Source: a virus (taxonomy: Duplodnaviria > Caudoviricetes). Taken from it: DNA of 46,716 nt. The stretch lies in the IMG/VR virus record IMGVR_UViG_3300042208_000036, positions 1-46,716 of that record. One strand, written 5' to 3'. Position 1 is the first letter of the stretch. Each line of letters starts with the position of its first letter. A program made the translations under genes and the position numbers. The notes beneath the pieces were generated by a model, which had not been told where the DNA came from, made no database searches, and worked only from the letters and a program-made list of their open reading frames with translations. Below, one piece after another: positions 44,396 through 46,716 of the stretch.

Positions 44396-45663
44396 AATAA
44401 CCCCATATCCGGAATCTCTACTTGAATATCTTCATCTTCTTTACTACTTTCAAATTCTGTAACTTCTGGTGGTAATGGATCTTCTCCCCCTTTATATTTT
44501 CTGTGAAATTCTAAAAGAACTGGATTCAGTGATATCTCTGTCTTAAAATGTCTACCATTTTGCTTGTTCTTTGAAACCTCAAGAAGTCTTTTGTGTGCAT
44601 TTGAGTCTATGTCGCTTCCATCTTCATATTTAGGTTTTAATTTATGGATGTACCATATTTGACTTGCTTCGTGAGCTCCTTTTTTTGTACCCATTGGTGT
44701 GTGTGTTCCACCTTTTGTGTCTTCTTTCCCTTGTTGTGCAATAAATAAAATTACAAGCTCTAAGCTATGAGCTAATTTTGCCAATCTGCTAAATTTTTCC
44801 GATTCCATTTGTTCTGCTGTTCCAGTATTTTCAACATTTTCAACTCTCATTTGAGAGTCGATACATACAAATCTTCCACCTTTTTTTGCAAATATTTTTA
44901 TTTCTCTCGTAACATCGCTTAAGTCGTATCCATCGTTTATGATAAAAAGATTCTTTTTGTTGATGTTCTTTTTTCTTTTTTTGTTGTTTTGTATATAATC
45001 TCTTACCGTAAACTCAAATGGGAAGAATAGTGTCGGGAATCCACTTGATACATTGTGAAGTACTTGAGTTGAAAGAATTGTTTTACCTGCTTCTGGGTCA
45101 CCCATTACTAAAATAAGCTGCCCTGCAGTCACTCCACCTTTTAAATAGTCATCAATAAAACTTACACCCGTTTGAAATATAGGAAGTGGAGGCATTGATT
45201 CAATCTCTTGTTCCCATTGTTCATATGTTTTTGCTCTTGAACCTATTGCTACATCAAGATTTATGGTTGAATCTTCAATAATTTTTACAATTGATGAACT
45301 GCTTTTTCTAATATTTAGTTCTTCTTGTATTTTCAAACTAAGTTTATAAAGCTCTCTTTTGTTATGCCACTCCACCAACTCAATAACAGTTATTTTTAAA
45401 TCACTTGTCGCATCTTCTGCTCCTACAAGTTTTAAAGCTGCTAAGTGTTCAGGGTCTATTTTTCTAAGTTCCTCTCCAACTGCAACAATACTCAGGTTCC
45501 TGTTTGTATCATCAAGATTTTTAATAGCTTTAAGTATTTGTTTATGAGCTTCTATTGTGAAGTGGTCATATTTAATTGTTTCACTTATTTCGCTAAAGTT
45601 GTTAGTTTTTATAATTGAAGCTAAAAAGTTTCTCTCAAGCTCTATATTTGATAGATTTTCCAT
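44392..45663 (-). CDS. DnaB-like replicative helicase
   Basis: DnaB N-terminal domain, GDPEAGKT, VCIDS, VSKNKQNG. Confidence 0.85.
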   Translation of the reverse strand: MENLSNIELERNFLASIIKTNNFSEISETIKYDHFTIEAHKQILKAIKNLDDTNRNLSIVAVGEELRKIDPEHLAALKLVGAEDATSDLKITVIELVEWHNKRELYKLSLKIQEELNIRKSSSSIVKIIEDSTINLDVAIGSRAKTYEQWEQEIESMPPLPIFQTGVSFIDDYLKGGVTAGQLILVMGDPEAGKTILSTQVLHNVSSGFPTLFFPFEFTVRDYIQNNKKRKKNINKKNLFIINDGYDLSDVTREIKIFAKKGGRFVCIDSQMRVENVENTGTAEQMESEKFSRLAKLAHSLELVILFIAQQGKEDTKGGTHTPMGTKKGAHEASQIWYIHKLKPKYEDGSDIDSNAHKRLLEVSKNKQNGRHFKTEISLNPVLLEFHRKYKGGEDPLPPEVTEFESSKEDEDIQVEIPDMGLL

Positions 45664-46677
45664 TTAAATCATTTCTCCTATGTAGTTTTGTAAGTATTCT
45701 CTTACCTCATCTTCATCAAATTCTTTGATGACCTCGAAGCTAAATTGTGCTTCATCTAAAACCGATAATTCAAACTCATTAAAAAACTCCGCCCCCTCGT
45801 TTGTTTTTAATTTTCTATAGTCAAATTTCTCAAAATCAACATCTAGTTTAAGAGTTGCATTGATTTTATTTATCAAAATTGAGAGAACATTTTTCGCCCC
45901 CTCATTTGTTTTTAATTTTTGAGTTTTTTCTTTTATTTTTTTCTCATAATCAAGAAAAACTTTTGAATTTAAAAAAGTTGCAGGATGTTCAAAAATTTCA
46001 TTAAGGCTTTCTTTGTGTTCAATATGCATTTGGGTGGCTTGTAATAAAAATGACTTATGATATTTTGTAAGTTTGTTGAATGCCTTTAGAGCTCTGTCTT
46101 TTTTTTCTTTTCTTGGATATATCTTATACCAATCCTCAAAAGAGAAAGTGTCGTCCAAATTTTTTTGGACATGTCCTTGGACATTATTTTTATTATTGTT
46201 TATATATAATAATGTAGAAAAGTCAATTTGACTTTTTGAACTGTCAATTTGACTTTTTGTGTCCTCATTTTTTATATTAGAAAAGTCAATTTGACTTTTT
46301 GAACTGTCAATTTGACTTTTTGTGTCCTCATTTTTTATATTAGAAAAGTCAATTTGACTTTTTGAACTGTCAATTTGACTTTTTGTGTCCTCACTATTTT
46401 GTTCAAAAGTTGCTATGTATTTTAATCGGAGTTGTCTGTCTAATTTTGTTCCAATATTTTCAATTATATTTTTTGCATATAATCTTTTAATTGTTGCTTG
46501 GACTGCATTTGTAGTTTTGCCTACATATTTTGCAATTATTTCATTACTTGCATAACAATATCCCTCTTTTGTAGAAAGTCCAGATATTAATCCACATAAT
46601 ATTTTTTCACTATCTGTTAACTCTTGAGATAATAAAATATACGATGGTATAATAGAATAATAATTTAAATCATTCAT
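45664..46677 (-). CDS. Replication initiator protein
   Basis: GYCYASN wHTH, FEDWYKIYPRK...HPATFLN, internal iteron repeats. Confidence 0.85.
   Translation of the reverse strand: MNDLNYYSIIPSYILLSQELTDSEKILCGLISGLSTKEGYCYASNEIIAKYVGKTTNAVQATIKRLYAKNIIENIGTKLDRQLRLKYIATFEQNSEDTKSQIDSSKSQIDFSNIKNEDTKSQIDSSKSQIDFSNIKNEDTKSQIDSSKSQIDFSTLLYINNNKNNVQGHVQKNLDDTFSFEDWYKIYPRKEKKDRALKAFNKLTKYHKSFLLQATQMHIEHKESLNEIFEHPATFLNSKVFLDYEKKIKEKTQKLKTNEGAKNVLSILINKINATLKLDVDFEKFDYRKLKTNEGAEFFNEFELSVLDEAQFSFEVIKEFDEDEVREYLQNYIGEMI
46215..46393. repeat. 63-bp tandem repeat (~2.8 copies), probable origin iterons
   Basis: Units start at 46215, 46278 and 46341; six GTCAATTTGAC palindromes. Confidence 0.85.
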
Positions 46678-46716
46678 CTATAAAACCAAATTTTATGAGT
46701 TCATTTATTGCCCCAT

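Larger units (their letters stand above)
1..46716. mobile_element. Temperate podovirus-like phage genome, apparently excised/circularly permuted with intact attP
   Basis: Full set of phage modules and no flanking host genes. attP and integrase are internal. cro at the left end points into the replication initiator at the right end. Confidence 0.85.

Noticed and set aside
9521-45547. Numerous plus-strand ORFs (e.g. 9521, 12060, 38257, 39322, 40230, 42799, 43619)
   Set aside because: Antisense shadows of well-supported minus-strand genes.
46215-46393. CRISPR array
   Set aside because: Tandem identical units with no unique spacers, in frame within a gene; no cas genes.

Overview
The window looks like an essentially complete ~46.7-kb, AT-rich temperate podovirus-like phage of a Campylobacterota host (judged from the style of SSB, DnaG and the tRNA-Met fragment). 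It is read in its excised form, with an intact attP in mid-window: the 3' half of a tRNA-Met(CAT) plus arm repeats, beside a tyrosine integrase. Modules: cro/cI switch, antirepressor cassettes, portal and ejection proteins, primase and early genes, int/xis, lysis, tail, capsid, terminase, SSB, helicase and an iteron-containing initiator. Main highlights: (1) a diversity-generating retroelement (Mtd-like target, avd, TR, RT) whose single TR matches two variable repeats, with every mismatch at a TR adenine. One VR is in the tail adhesin; the other is in a paralog in the early region across attP. (2) An acyl-carrier protein / ketosynthase / GNAT-like cassette directly upstream of an MGG-starting internal virion protein, suggesting phage-encoded lipidation of a virion protein. 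(3) A thrice-repeated late-promoter motif with an adjacent candidate RHH activator. (4) An unannotated sRNA complementary to the RBS and start codon of a 26-aa hydrophobic peptide. (5) Inverted, domain-swapped antirepressor cassettes. Product calls come from motifs recognised by eye; no database searches were run.
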